Shown here one piece after another: positions 49,041-62,192 of a stretch of 64,000 nt of DNA; the stretch's first letter is position 1, and every line of letters begins with the position of its first letter. Position numbers and translations under genes: made by a program. Source of the stretch: Squalus acanthias (taxonomy: Eukaryota); NCBI GenBank assembly GCA_030390025.1, contig CM059432.1:106518001-106582000 (forward strand). Reading direction: 5' to 3'. The notes beneath the pieces were generated by a model, which was not told the origin of the DNA, searched no databases, and saw only the letters and a program-made list of their open reading frames with translations.

Positions 49041-52000
49041 TGTATTGTAATGGTTTATTTGTGGCCCCTTTACAAAAGGGGTGGGGAGGCACTGGGGCTC
49101 CACAATTTTCAGCCTTTTCACTGTGGCATGCCATCTTTGGCGGGGTCAGTAGCAGAGGTCCGTGGAAGGCGTGATCCCATCAATTATGCCGGGATCGTGG
49201 GCTGTGGCATTCCCAGGGCCTTTCTTTATCTTTAGGGAAAGCTGGGAGCCCAACCCAAAGGTTTTGGCTGGTTCTTGTTACTCTTCTCAAACCCTTCCTT
49301 TGGCTCATCTGAAATCTCGGTTGCGTGAGGGGTAGGGGAGGGGTCTGCCGTGCTTCAGTGTCTCACACATGCTTCAAACCTGTTTACACTTTTGTTGCTA
49401 ATTCATATTTGTCATGAAATAGCAGCAGGCTTGCAGCAGCTGCTTAAATCTAAATGGTGGGGATAGATTAAGTTCCATTGGATTTTACAGTGCAAGTTTC
49501 CACTGTGGATTCGACTGAGGCAATGAAGATGGCAATCCATAGTAAACTGGTAGAAAGAAAACAAGTAATGCTTATCTCGAGTACATTGCAGCTGGAAATC
49601 AAAACTCACAAAGTTTCAGACAGACAACTAAATTTTGTAAGTGTTGGGGTAAGCACTCTTGTATATTTCCCCATTCTAAGGCCTTATTGCACCATGCTGT
49701 GTACTTACTGAAAAGCTGGACAATAAACCACAGCCTTGCTAATCTGAAGCTTTGCCTGGGCTTCTCAATGCCCCTGCCCCCCTCCCAAACGCCTGAAAAA
49801 AAGAATATGGACTTCTCATTAAAGGAATACTCCACAGGTACTGAACATTACAGAATCTAAAGTTTCCAGGTTCAACCCACAGCCTGTGGTTAGTTAGGTG
49901 ATCTCAATCAGGGTAATGGTCGGATTGCTACAATTACCCTTGGACTCGATAGAGGAGAACATTCAGTTGGAGTTCCTGCCTTTAGGGAAAGAGGAGAGGA
50001 AAGAAAAAAATTAAAACTGTATAACAAGCAATCTCTCTCTCTTTGGCTTGACGTCTGATTTCCTTACACCTCTGTGAAGCCTTGTGACAATTTTCTCTGT
50101 TTAAACTTTATTCTTGTTATTCTTTTGAAATCCTGATCCTCAAGTTTATTTTCCAAATCTGCTTTAAATTGGCTGGTCAGGCTGGAAAGCCGGCCACAGA
50201 TAAGTATATTTTTCTTTTATTTTTAAAATATTTACAGTGATTCAAAAAATATTAATCGGGCTATGATTTTAGGTATTAGTTCCAGTGTGGTGTACCATAT
50301 TGTGTTGGAGATGGATTGGCATTCTCAATTCCCATATGGTGACTCTACAAGTTTAGTTATGCATTCATTAAGAGATTCCAAGTGCAGAATGGCTGCTACG
50401 ATACATGGAGGAAGGAGGAGGAGTAGGAATCACTTATTGGGCAAGACTGGCACATCAATGAATTGGTCTTCAGCCCCTCTTGATCAGAGAAAGTGAATAA
50501 TCCAGGGAAATTTCAGGAGGAAAAAACGGGGTAGAAAAATATGCATAAAATGAAAGGAGTCAAGAGCAAGAGGACAAAGCAATGCAATCTCTTTTTTTCT
50601 CAGTTAAAGTCATAATTAACATTAACCTCTGCGCAAGCACATAACAAACACAAGAAATAAACTGTACTTACAGTTCTTTTTATTTCCTGGGAGAAGCATT
50701 GGAGTTCAAGTTAAATTTCAACTTAATTTTGATTTTCTCCCAGTCCTGTAAGTCACGTGGACTGGCTAAGAGACAGCTAAGGCACTTCCTGTTAAGTGAT
50801 AAGATGCATTGACTGCAAAATTCTGAGTGGTCTGCATATGCATGACACACCAAATGCTTCATATACCTGGGATTCTTTAATTGTGAGCTGCCTATAAGCA
50901 GAACTGCAAAATGGGGCAAGTTCCTACATTATTAAAGTGGAAGTTTGCAGTCCTGTTAAAAAGCAGCCGTAGTGTCAGTTGAGCCACTAGCAGTTGCATT
51001 CGGTCCTTAATTCTTCAATTACACATTAGTTTCCCTTATGAACTTTCCAATTGCAGACTGTGTTTTATTTTATATTGGAGTTAACCATGACAACATTGTT
51101 GAGATACAATCCATCTGCACAATTTTTGGCAAGCTGCCTACTGTTATATTGAAGTGTAAGTGAGTGGAGGGAGGTAAGTTTCCCCCGTCAATTGACCAAC
51201 CATGAATTTCTTGCCTCTGGTGGGAGCTATGGGTTGGGATTCTGAGAGATGCTCACTGAAACATCCTCATCCTGTTTCTTGCCAGCGTACCAGTAGAAGG
51301 GAGCATATTGACAAGAGTTTGTTATATGCCAGGCATGTTGAAAACACTATTTTTTCTGCTAGTGGAATTTTTAGTAGTGTTTAATCCAAGGGTCCAGTTA
51401 AATATTTGTTTTTCACTCCCTCCCCCCGCCCCCCCCATCTCCAGGTTCACTAGCAAAACAGACATATTAGTTAGTCTTTCACATAAGTCACTGTAGTATG
51501 TGCTGCCTGAAAGTCTGGTTAAATTTACATTTGAGGGAGGAAATAGGTTGTTCACCTCTGCCCCAAGAAATAGACCTTAAAGTCATGGCAATAAATAATG
51601 ATCCTTCAGTGAGACATGGAATGGCATCCATTGGAACTTCCCGAGAAACTTCCCAGAACCACCACTTGAGCAAGCTCTGTCGTTCTTATTATTGTTCGTT
51701 TTAACCCATTCTCACCAGCAGCTATGGGCCTTTCTACAGTAACTCGCTATAAAACAACTAGTTCTGTGTGCAAGAAAGAAATCTAGCTCCAATTTCATGC
51801 AGTGTGTGTAAAGGAAAAGCGCAACCATCTCAGGGGATACTAGTTGGAAGCTGCCCACTTTGGTGTCCATATTGATTAATATTTCCCTGCAGCAACTGGG
51901 CCTTGGGGCCAATGATGGCAGTGAAGCTATTTGCTTACTGTGCAAGTGGTGTTGGGCTGCAGCCTCTTTTTAAAGGTTATATAAACGCAGGCAAAATCCG

Positions 52001-53124
52001 AACACTGTGGTGTTTTCTATTCACAGCACGTAACCTGCCAATGATGAATAAAGATGTGACTGGCAACAAAAACTGAGTCTTGATTCAGCTGCATCATTCA
52101 CAGCAGCTGGCCTATTACTGGGCTGGTTACCAAGCAGTGAAGCTTTAATTTAGTGCGTAAAAGGTAGGATCCTTTACTTCATACGTACAAGCTCAGGTGA
52201 ATACATTCTTACATTTAAACGCTCATAAAATTAAGCATATTTAGAATACACATCTATTTAAATGCCTTCTAGAAGAAAATTGCTGTGCAGTTTCACAGCA
52301 CCACTCTCTTACCTACTGTTTTTGCTTAATGCTCTTATCATTCAACACAACACTGTTGCCAACATCCATAGCCTCATTGCTTGGTAAATCAATGCCAACA
52401 CTTCCTTTAAGCAGTACTTACCCCTCACTGCTGGCCCTAATCGCAGCAACTAATCAGAATGCTGTACATTTAAAAACCTTGGAGTGCTCAGTAATTTGAA
52501 AAACAAAGAGTTGTGACTGCTCGCGGCATTCTAGTACTGAATCCGCACAAGCAGTGAAACACGTGCGGCATTTCTTCTGAGTGTTTTTGAACAGGGCAAG
52601 GTTACTTTTCCATTACTTTCTCTGTTCAGCACTTGCTGCCCGGCCCAAAACTGACAACCAAAAGTAATTATTCTCTCCAGGAGCTTAAGGAAACACACAC
52701 AACAAATAAAAAACCTTTGGAGGAGGTGGGCAGGCGTTTTGCAGAGAAAGGGTCAAAACCTATCTAAATTGTTTGAGACTAAGTCCCAACAAATCTGGGA
52801 CATGGCTTTGGATGAAAACCAGGCAGACGGATGAGCATCTCATCTTTCCCACAGCTGTTAAAGATGTTGGCAAAATGATTTAGGCACCGTTAACAATCCA
52901 GTTCCCAGTGTAGCGCAAGATTACATAATTTGGCACCAGGCTCACTCTGTAGTTGTGACTCATTCACGCAGCAAACTCTTGATCTGGGGCCTGCTGTTGA
53001 GGGAGAAACCGAATTATAGAGAGCAGTCATCAGGCTGAAGGGAAGGGAAAATCAGTGGGCATTGGTCACTTATTCCAGGCTGCTCTCTTATGCCTCATTG
53101 TGGCTACCTCAAGAGTTCATGATG

Positions 53125-53478
53125 TACCACCAGGTACATGGTACATACTCATGTGACTCGGCCAACGTTGTCTACCTGATACGTTGCAGTAAAGGATGCC
53201 CCAGAGCATGGTACATCGGCGAGACCATGCAGACACTGAGACAACGTATGAACGGACACCGCGCAACAATCGCCAGGCAGGAGGGTTGCCTCCCAGTCGG
53301 GGAACACTTCAGCAGTCAGGGGCATTCAGCCTCGGATCTGCGGGTAAGCGTTCTCCAAGGCGGCCTTCGGGATACACGACAGCGCAAAATCATAGAGCAG
53401 AAACTGATAGCCAAGTTCCGCACTCATGAGGATGGCCTCAATCGCGAGATCGGGTTCATGTCACGATACAGAACGTGA
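53125..53478 (+). CDS. Penelope GIY-YIG endonuclease domain (truncated ORF)
   Basis: CDSANVVYLIRC...WYIGET...RMNGHR...EHF...EQKLI...GLN. Confidence 0.85.
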   Translation, partial: YHQVHGTYSCDSANVVYLIRCSKGCPRAWYIGETMQTLRQRMNGHRATIARQEGCLPVGEHFSSQGHSASDLRVSVLQGGLRDTRQRKIIEQKLIAKFRTHEDGLNREIGFMSRYRT

Positions 53479-53709
53479 CTTGACATCATGGCCGGTCTTT
53501 CCAGGTTTTTTTTTTTTAAAACTAACACAAGAACCAAACCCAAATGGAGAGGATATGCAGCCAGCAGGTGTTTTGACACGTTGGACCCCCTGGGACACAT
53601 CTCATTGTCTTGGCTGTGCTCTTAGTGTGTCTTTGATGTAGGGAAAGATTTGAATACATTTTTTCTGTGTTTATATTGTGAATTCTGGGAGATTCTCTCA
53701 CAGCTACCC

Positions 53710-53745
53710 TACCTGAAGAAGGAGCGACAGCTCCGAAAGCTTGTA
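53710..53745 (+). ncRNA. Minimal hammerhead ribozyme motif (family B)
   Basis: TAC-CTGAAGA-A-GGAGC-gaca-GCTCC-GAA-AGCT-T-GTA. Confidence 0.7.
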
Positions 53746-54068
53746 ATTTTAAATAAATCTGTTGGACTATAACCTGGTGTTGTGCGACTTCTCATTTGTA
53801 CCTCAAGAGTGGCAGTGACAAAAAGCTGGGAGCAGACCACCTTGTCGCGTGCTCGAACTGCCTGGATTTTGAATACTTGACCATTTAAATTTAAAGGAGC
53901 TGTCAGTCCTGTCATATACAAATGAGTTAATCACACAGTGTTGTGTAAGTTTGAATTATTTCCAGCCTGTACCAATGAAACTTGAACATTGTATTGATGT
54001 AGGCTTAGTGCTCGAATCTAAAACCTGGTTGGTTGACTAAACTGCTTATATACTATGAATGGATTGGT

Positions 54069-54536
54069 GTAGTGTCAGCTGTGGCTCAATGGGTCGCACT
54101 CTCGCCTCTGAGTCAGAAGATTGTGGGTTCATAGTCCCACTCCAGAGACTTGAGCACAAAATCCAGGCTGACACTCCAGTGCAGTACTGAGGGAGTGTTG
54201 CACTGTCGGAGGTGCCGTCTTTTGGATGAGATGTTAAACTGAGGCCCCGTCTGCTCTCTCAGGTGGACATAAAAATCCCATGGCACTATTTTGAAGAAGA
54301 GCAGGGGAGTTATCCCCGGTGTCCTGGCCAATATTTATCCCTCAATCAACATCACTAAAACAGGTTATCTGGTTGTTATCACATTGCTGTTTGTGGGACC
54401 TTGCTGTGCGCAAATTAGCTGCCACGTTTCCTACATTACAACAGTAACGACACTTCAAAAGTACTTCATTGGCCGTAAAGCGCTTTGGGACATCCGGTGG
54501 TGGTGAAAGGCGCTATAGAAATGCAAGTCTTTTTTT
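54069..54536 (+). mobile_element. Full-length Deu-domain tRNA SINE (SacSINE1-like)
   Basis: Pol III A box tggctcaatgg, B-box-like gggttcatagtccc, Deu core (gtcggaggtgccgtcttttggatgagatgttaaac), L2-like tail aaatgcaagtcttt. Confidence 0.85.
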
Positions 54537-54552
54537 TCATTCTTATTTAAAA

Positions 54553-54719
54553 GGGTAGCTGGTAAATCGAGACGAGGCTGGGAAGTTCCTTGGAGCTGCT
54601 CCTGTTCCGCTGCCATAACTTAGTCAGTGTGTGGCAGGAACCCCATTTACAAACGTTAATGGGCTTTCCGACGAAGCTATGGCGACAGAGTGGGAACTGC
54701 TCTGAGGAAACTCTGGCCC
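54553..54719. mobile_element. Decayed hairpin MITE
   Basis: Partially complementary arms (gttccgctgccataactt / aagctatggcgacagagtgggaac); resembles 42741-42876. Confidence 0.4.
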
Positions 54720-54871
54720 TAATATTTGTCAGACTGGTATTTCACCCAGTGAAGGAACCTGTGAAACTCAAAGCATGTAATTTATTCCATTTGTTTAAAT
54801 TCTCCAGTTTTGACACTCAAGCCTTGATTTTCTAATTAGGTTCACCTCATTTATGAGCAGAGGCAAACCCA

Positions 54872-57800
54872 GTTGGAAAATTGGGCAGCATTCCATGATC
54901 CTGGATCGCCAGTGCCACCCATTTTTGTGGCCACTCCGTTTTCTGCTGTAATTTCTGGCAGCTGCAGGAATGGCCCATTTGGGCGGTTCCATGCAAATGA
55001 GGTGTACATGATGTCATGCATCCCTTTTACTGTCATTTCCGCTTCCTTTGTGCTGTTCCCTCTTCTTGCCTGAAGAAAACAGGGTCGCTATGTGTTAGGG
55101 AGAAAGTGGGAGAACATTTAGAGCCTACCATTAACTTTGATAACTCAGTTTGGAGCTTATTTCGGCCTCGTTTTTGGATTTTTTAAGAATATATTTCTTT
55201 CTGTTGTCATCTATTTTTGTCTTGCGTAGCCCCGAGGACCTGGATGCAGTGCTGCAAGAAGTTTAATGACCTCACACGAGTTGTCAAGGTCAGTGAATTC
55301 ATCTTCAAATGCCATATCTGTACAACTGAACCACTAGGCTCAGACACTGCTCAATTCACTACCACCACCCCCTTCACTCACCTACCAACAATCTCTATCA
55401 ATCATGACTCATATCTAACATTCACAGCTTCACGCCACCCTCACACACTTACCACAGCTGCAAGCCTCACACCCACATCTGACAGCTTGCACACACTGTT
55501 AGTTATTCAACTATGGCAGCCACATCACCCAAACACATTGCACCACACTCACTGACACACTTCCCTCTCTCTTCCAGGACAAGGTGGCGCACCACTGGAT
55601 ACTGCAGGAGCTAACCGGCAGGGGGCAGGCGTGCCTGCATGTCCTAACCCCCATGGAGAAGATGGTGCTGGCCATTATAGGGGTGGCCATGTTGAGGCAA
55701 TGGCCAGCGGCAGGGCTGAAACCATAGAAGATGATGGTATCCTCATACCTAACCCTCCTTCTCACATCCCACTTCCCCCTCATCCCACAATCTCTTCTGA
55801 TTTACAAGCTGCAGATGGTGTAAGCATGCACCTCCTGCTTCCCCCCTCCCCTCACCACAACATTACCTTGTGCCTTTCTCCTTTCAGATACCCAAGAACT
55901 GCAACCTGGCCAGGCAATGGTGGAAGAACAGGAAGATAGTGAAGATGAAGACACACTGTCACTCGATTTCACACTCACAGCCACCAGCTCAGATACTGAC
56001 ATTGCGCGTAATTTAGAGGATAGCATAAAGATGGGATATGCATGAGGTGAGACACTGGGCACGAGTGGCCTGCAGCCAGGGCAGGGGGCAAGGATAGCGC
56101 AGGTGCCAGCTTGCCGGAGGGCAAGGTCACACCGAGGTTCTGCTGCAGAGGACTCAGCTGAGCACTTCGATGGTGCAGGCGACAGAAGGAGGCTGATGGG
56201 TCTGCACAATGAAATGCTGGGAAGCCTGCCAGAAAGCCTGCGTTGAATGTCAAGGAGCATGGAGGAGTCCAGAACCAACTTGGCGCAGGGCTTGGAGCCC
56301 ATCCTTTCCAGCATGGAAGTGATGGCAAACTCCATTAGCACACTTGTGGAGCTAACTATGATGCAACATCTGATGGCCGATGTCTGAGTGCTGCAGTAGA
56401 AGCTCAAGCTTCTGTCATGCAAGCTCAGACTGCTGCCATCATGGCTCTGGATTCCAGTGTGGAAAGGGGCTTGCAGGGTATCACAGCTGTCCGACAATCT
56501 GTCCTCCAACAGATTACTAGGAATGCTGATGTGTCGCCCCAGGGGAGTGGCAGTGGCTCCGTGGAGCACGAACTTGCTGTCCTCTCTCAGGATGACAGCA
56601 TTCGTCCTCCCACCACTTCCACTCTGCCAGTGCCCTTGCTGTTGCCTGTTAGCCAGCCAGCCCAGACTGCTACCGCCCCTCATGCCGAGATGGTGCAGTC
56701 TAAGCCGGGCCTTCTAGGCCCAGAGCAGCTCGAGGTCATCCTCCAAGGCCATCTGCAGTCTCCCCCTCTGAAAGTCAGCAGCCTTCCACCAGCCATACTG
56801 CAGCCACTGGGGAAGCACTGCGTAGGAGCACTAGGACAATCAAAGGCACATGGAAGACCGGCACGAAGGGAATGTACAAGGGTGATTAGTTGATGTTTGT
56901 GTGCAATATGGCATGGTTTCATTTATAAATTTGGTTTGGAATGTTTATTTTGTGATGGTCAGTGACAGAGGGACTGTTAGTGAATGGAGAATTGGGGTTG
57001 CGGTTACCTGTATCGCGCACTGATGAGTTCTTCACGGACAGCCCGGCCAGAAAGGTGTGTCTAAGTTGCCTCCTCCTTTCATCTTCCTCTTCCCCCTCCT
57101 CCTCCAGCTCCTCAGCTTCTCGCCATATAGCTGGTGGCAAGGGATGTGCCCTCATGATAGCAAGGTTGTGCAGCATGCAGCAGACCACGACGAATCTTGA
57201 CACCTGCTCTGCCGAGTACTGCAGGGCTCCCCCAGAGCGTTCCTGGCAGCGGAAGTGTTGTTTCAGCATGCCAGTGGTCTGCTCTATCACCTATCATGTG
57301 GCAGCATGGCTTTCATTGTATCCATGCTGCGCATGTGTGCGTGGGTTGCACACCTGAGTCATGAGCCATGTTGTCAGCAGATAGCCCTTGTCACCCAGTA
57401 GCCACCCTTTGGTTTGCCGTGGTGGCTCAAATGCAGCTGGCACAGCCGACTGCCGCAGAAGGAAAGCATCATGACAGCTGCCAGGATACTGGGCATTGAC
57501 CTCCATGATTCGCTGCCTATGGTCAAACACCCGCTGAATGTTGAGAGAGTGGAATCCCTTTCGGTTCCGGTACAGTTGACATGCGGCATCCGCAAAGTGA
57601 CATGCATGCAGTCAGTAGCACCCTGCACCATGGGGAAGCCTGCAATCCTTGCAAAGCCATGGGCGCACTCTGCCTGCTGCTCTCTGGCAAGAGGAATGAA
57701 ATGTAGTCCGCTCTCTTTGAATAGCAAGTGTCAGTGACCCCCTATACACAATAGTAGATGGCAAACTGCGAGATGTTGCAAATATCTCCAGCTCCAGCCT

Positions 57801-58526
57801 GGAAGGAGCCCGACGCATAAAAGTTCATTGTCACGGTCACCTTCACAGCCACTGGCAATGCAGTCCTCGCCCTGCTCTGAGGTTGCAGTTGTGGCTGCAG
57901 GCAGATTTCACTGAAGAAGTCCTTACTGAAGCGCAGACATCTCATACATTTTTCCTCGCTGAGGTTCAGGTAGGAGAATTGCTCCCTGAAAACCCTGAGC
58001 GGATATGGCCTCCTGCTGAGAGCCCTTCTCCCCCTCCTCCTCCTCCCTCTTCCAGCATCTTGTCCTGCTCTGCATGCCCCCTAGTCATTCTCCAAGTCAT
58101 GCTGTATTCCAAGAGGAATTCCTACTAGTGCACCCATGTCTGGCAGCAAGTGGTTTGTGCAGAAGCCTTGAACTCAGGACAAAGTCCTTCAGCACCTGTC
58201 ACCCTGTAGACTTTGGCAACATGAAACAACTATGGAAAGCACCAAACCCTTGGAGATGCATAGCAACAGCCAGAAAAAATCAACTAGCAACTAACCTGTA
58301 AGTAGTTGATGATCCCTTTAAATAACGCTGTGCGAGCTTAATCAAATCAGCATTACACGACGCTTTGCATACTTCCAGCTGGCGTTCACTGCTAACATCC
58401 TCACCAAAATGGCATCCAGCGCAATTTGCACCTCAAGAGTTTGCACGCGCCGCGGATGCCATTTTGGACCGCTAAGGGCACTCGTAACGCCTAAGAAACG
58501 GGCGTTACGGATCCGAATTTTGCGCC
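54872..58526. mobile_element. Decayed Harbinger transposon (second family)
   Basis: Myb remnant on + from 55217 (RTWMQCCKKFNDL, introns 55289-55577 and ~55737-55888); frameshifted transposase on - at ~56960-58140 (GATDCMHV, LGDKGY, IEQT); left end uncertain. Confidence 0.85.
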
Positions 58527-58979
58527 GTAAGGGACTGAATAACTAGGAATAATCAGAAGTGTATTTGGAATCAGGAACAACTCATTTAAGTTTTGATAGA
58601 GTAGATAGGGAGAAACTGATCCACTGGTAGGTATAACCGTTCTTTGTTAATAATGAAGGCATCCATTGGCCTATTCAGGGTATCAGACATATCTTGGCAG
58701 ATAGCAAGTTACAAAAGAAGTGTTGAGGAATTTCAAAATGAATATGAAAGATGATTCTAATCAAACACCACATGTCAATCCAAGGGTTTCTTAATGAAAT
58801 AAGTGATGCCACTGGATGACTGCATTGGTGATTCTGGAATGTGCAGTTTATATAAGCTCTGTAAACATGGTTTCACTTGGGAACTAAACTCTTAATGCTA
58901 AAAACAGAAGGAAACTCTGCTACCAATTTCTACTGGTCATTTGGGTTTGATGCACTCTGTTTGCTTATGTATAAAGAAC

Positions 58980-61900
58980 GGGGGTGAAATTTGGCTCCTT
59001 TGAGCCTGCCGTTAGTGCTTCCGGGGGGGGGGGGGGGCGCGGTGCAAAGGGGTTATTGCCCAGGAGAGGGGCGAAAAAAGCGCCTTCCGCGAAATTTGGC
59101 GGGGTGTTGCTGAGGCGCTACCCAATAGCGCCGTACCCTCGTCGGTAGTGCCCCGGGCTGCTGCGCCTCCAGCGATGACATCATCACCATGCGCAGCGAC
59201 CCCTTGGTGTCCCGTCGTGTTACCTTACCGCCCCGCGGCAGAAATTCAGCTGCGCCCCGCGAGGCTGCCACGGGCGGTGTCAGTGCCATCCTTGCGGGTG
59301 ACAAGCCGGGCCGACCTCCGCTCGCAGGGCAGTATTTAAAAGGGGAGGTGCGGCCGCGCCGCCATTTTCTTCTTTTGGCCGAACACCAGGTCGGCCATCC
59401 GTGGTGTGCCGTGGCGTGGTCCTGGCCGCCATTGCGCAGCCCGGCACCGCATCTTGGCGCTGGGCTGCTGCCATGGCACCACGCCTCCCTGGTGGTCTAG
59501 TTGAGACCATCGGAGGCCCTGCAGAGTGCACAGTGGCCATCCCCTTTAACTGAAGGGGAGGGGCGTTGAAACATGGCAGCGCTCTGCGGAGCCTCTGCGG
59601 AGCGCTGCCGATCGCGGCCCGACCAATATGTCGAAGAACCAACTAGAGATCAGGCCATCTTAGACTGGGTATTATGTAATGAGAAAGGATTAATTAGCAA
59701 TCTTGTTGTCCGAGGCCCCTTGGGGAGGAGCGATCATAATATGATAGAATTCTTCATTAAGATGGAGAGTGAAGTAGTTGACTCAGAGACTAGGGTCCTG
59801 AATTTAAATAAAGGAAACTACGATGGTATGAAGCGCGAGTTGGCTAGGATGGATTGGGGAGCATTACTTAAAGGGTTGACGGTGGATAGGCAATGGTAAA
59901 CATTTAAAGATTGCATGGATGAACTACAGAATTTGTTCATGCCTGTTTGGCATAAAAATAAAACAAAAAAGGTGACTCAACCGTGGCTAACAAGGACATT
60001 AGGGATAGCATAAGATCCAAGGAGAGGACATATAAATTGGCCAGAAAAAGCAGAAAACCTGAGGTTTGGGAGCAGTTTAGGATTCAGCAAAGGAGGACAA
60101 AGGGATTAATTAAGAGGGGGGAAATAGAATATGAGAGTAAGCTTTCAGGGAACATAAAAACTGACTGTAAAAGCTTCTATAGATATGTGAAGAGAAAAAG
60201 ATTGGTGAAGTCAAGCGTAGGTCCCTTGCAGTCAGAATCAGGGGAATTTATAATGGGGAACAAAGAAATGGCAGGCCAATTAAATACATACTTTGGTTCT
60301 GTCTTCACAAAGGAGGACACAAATAAACTCCCAGAGATGTCGGGGAACATAGGGTCTAATGAGAGGGAGGAATTGAATGAAATCAGTATTTGTAGGGAAA
60401 TGGTGTTCGGGAAATTGACGGGATTGAAGGCCGATAAATCCCCAGGGCCTGATAATCTACATCCTAGGGTACTTAAGGAAGTGGCCCTAGAAATAGTAGA
60501 TGCATTGCTGGTCATCTTTCAAAATTCTATAGACTCTGGAACAGTTCCCATGGATTGGAGGGTAGCTAATGTAACCCCACTATTTAAAAAAGGTGGTAGA
60601 GAAAAAACAGGGAATTATAGACCGGTAAGCCTGACATCGGTACTGGGAAAAATGCTAGAGTCCATTATAAAAGATTTAATAGCAGAGCACTTGGAAAACA
60701 GTGACAGGATCGGACAAAGTCAACATGGATTTACAAAAGGTAAATCATGCCTGACTAATCTACTGGAATTTTTTGAGGATGTAACTGGTAGAATAGATAA
60801 GGGAGAAACAGTGGATGTGGTGTATTTGGACTTTCAGAAGGCTTTCGATAAGGTCCCGCATAAGAGATTAGCGTGCAAAGTTAAAGCACATGGGATTGGG
60901 GGTAAGGTACTGATTTGGATAGAGAACTGGTTGGCAGACGGGAAGCAAAGAGTTGGAATAAACGAGTCTTTTTCCGAGTGGCAGGCAGTGACTAGTGGGG
61001 TACCGCAGGGATCGGTGCTAGGACCCCAGCTATTCACAATATATATTAATGATCTAGACGAGTAACTAGATGTAATATCTCCAAGTTTGCAGACGACACG
61101 AAGCTGGGTGGGCGTGTGTGCTGTGAGGACGATGCAGAGAAACTCCAGGATGATTTGGACAGGTTGGGTGATTGGGCAGATGCATGGCAGATGCAGTATA
61201 ATGCGGATAAATGCGAGGTTATCCACTTTGGTGGCAAAAACAGGAAGACAGATTATTATCTGAACGGCAATAGATTGGGAAAAGGGGAAGTACAACGAGA
61301 TCTGGGAGTCCTTGTGCACCAGTCGCTGAAGGTAAGCATGCAGGTGCAGCAGGCGGTTATGAAGGCAAATGGTATGTTGGCCTCCATAGCGAGAGGATTG
61401 GAGTACAGGAGCAAGGATGTCTTGCTGCAGTTGTACAAGGCCTTGGTGAGACCACACCTTGAGTATTGTGTGCAGTTTTGGTCGCCTTATCTGAGGAAGG
61501 ATGTTCTTGCCATGGAGGGAGTGCAGCGAAGATTTACCAGACTGATACCTGGGATGGCAGGAATGACGTATGAAGAGAGATTGGGTCGATTAGGCTTATA
61601 TTCGCTAGAGTTTAGAAGAATGAGAGGGGATCTCATTGAAACTTATAAAATTCTAACAGGACTAGACAGACTAGATGCAGGAAGGATGTTCCCGATGGCG
61701 GGGGAATCCAGAACCAGAGGTCACAGTCTAAGGATAAGGGGTAAACCATTTAGGACTGAGATGAGGAGGAATTTCTTCACCCAGAGAGTGGTGAACCTGT
61801 GGAATTCTCTACCACAGAAGGCAGTTGAGGCCAATTCATTAAATATATTCAAGAAGGAGATAGATATATTTCTTAAGGCTAAAGGGATCAAGGGATATGG

Positions 61901-62192
61901 GGAGAAAGCAGGGACAGGGTACTGAATTTGGATGATCAGCCAATCATCTCATTGAATGGCGGAGCAGGCTCGCGGGGCCGAATGGCCTACTCCTGCTCCT
62001 ATCTTCTATGCTTCTATGACAACGCCTCGGTTACCGCCCCACCAGGAAGTGGAGTGCCCGACATTGCGCTCCACTTCCTGGGCGGGGCGGTTAGGTGAAT
62101 TTTGCAGGGGCGGGACTTCCCCGCTGGGCGCAGGATGTCCCGCCTTGCCAGGGTTACCGCCCCGAAATGGGACGCTACCGACTTTCACACCC
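58980..62192. mobile_element. GC-rich non-autonomous Harbinger-type element interrupted by CR1
   Basis: TIR GGGGGTGAAATTTGG / GGGTGTGAAAGTCGG (12/15); tentative TSD AAC. Confidence 0.65.
59621..62018 (+). mobile_element. 5'-truncated CR1 LINE
   Basis: ORF2 pieces 59621-59899, 59983-61065 and 61116-61925 with a stop and small deletions; same subfamily as 23949-26124. Confidence 0.95.

Larger units (their letters stand above)
53117..53798 (+). mobile_element. 5'-truncated Penelope-like element (family B)
   Basis: GIY-YIG ORF followed by a terminal region; 12-bp TSD tacctcaagagt at 53105-53116 and 53799-53810. Confidence 0.9.

Noticed and set aside
49845..49980. Ancient AmnSINE2-like SINE fragment
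   Set aside because: Resemblance is from memory only and too degenerate to support without a Dfam search.
54069..54150. tRNA gene (also 47150-47225 and 44500-44560)
   Set aside because: tRNA-like heads continue into a Deu SINE body and tail; these are SINEs.
55802..56683. 293-aa minus-strand ORF
   Set aside because: Antisense shadow of the Harbinger Myb exon 3; no recognisable motifs.
58980..59620. CpG-island promoter
   Set aside because: GC-rich sequence starts at a TIR and resumes after the CR1; better explained as a young non-autonomous transposon.
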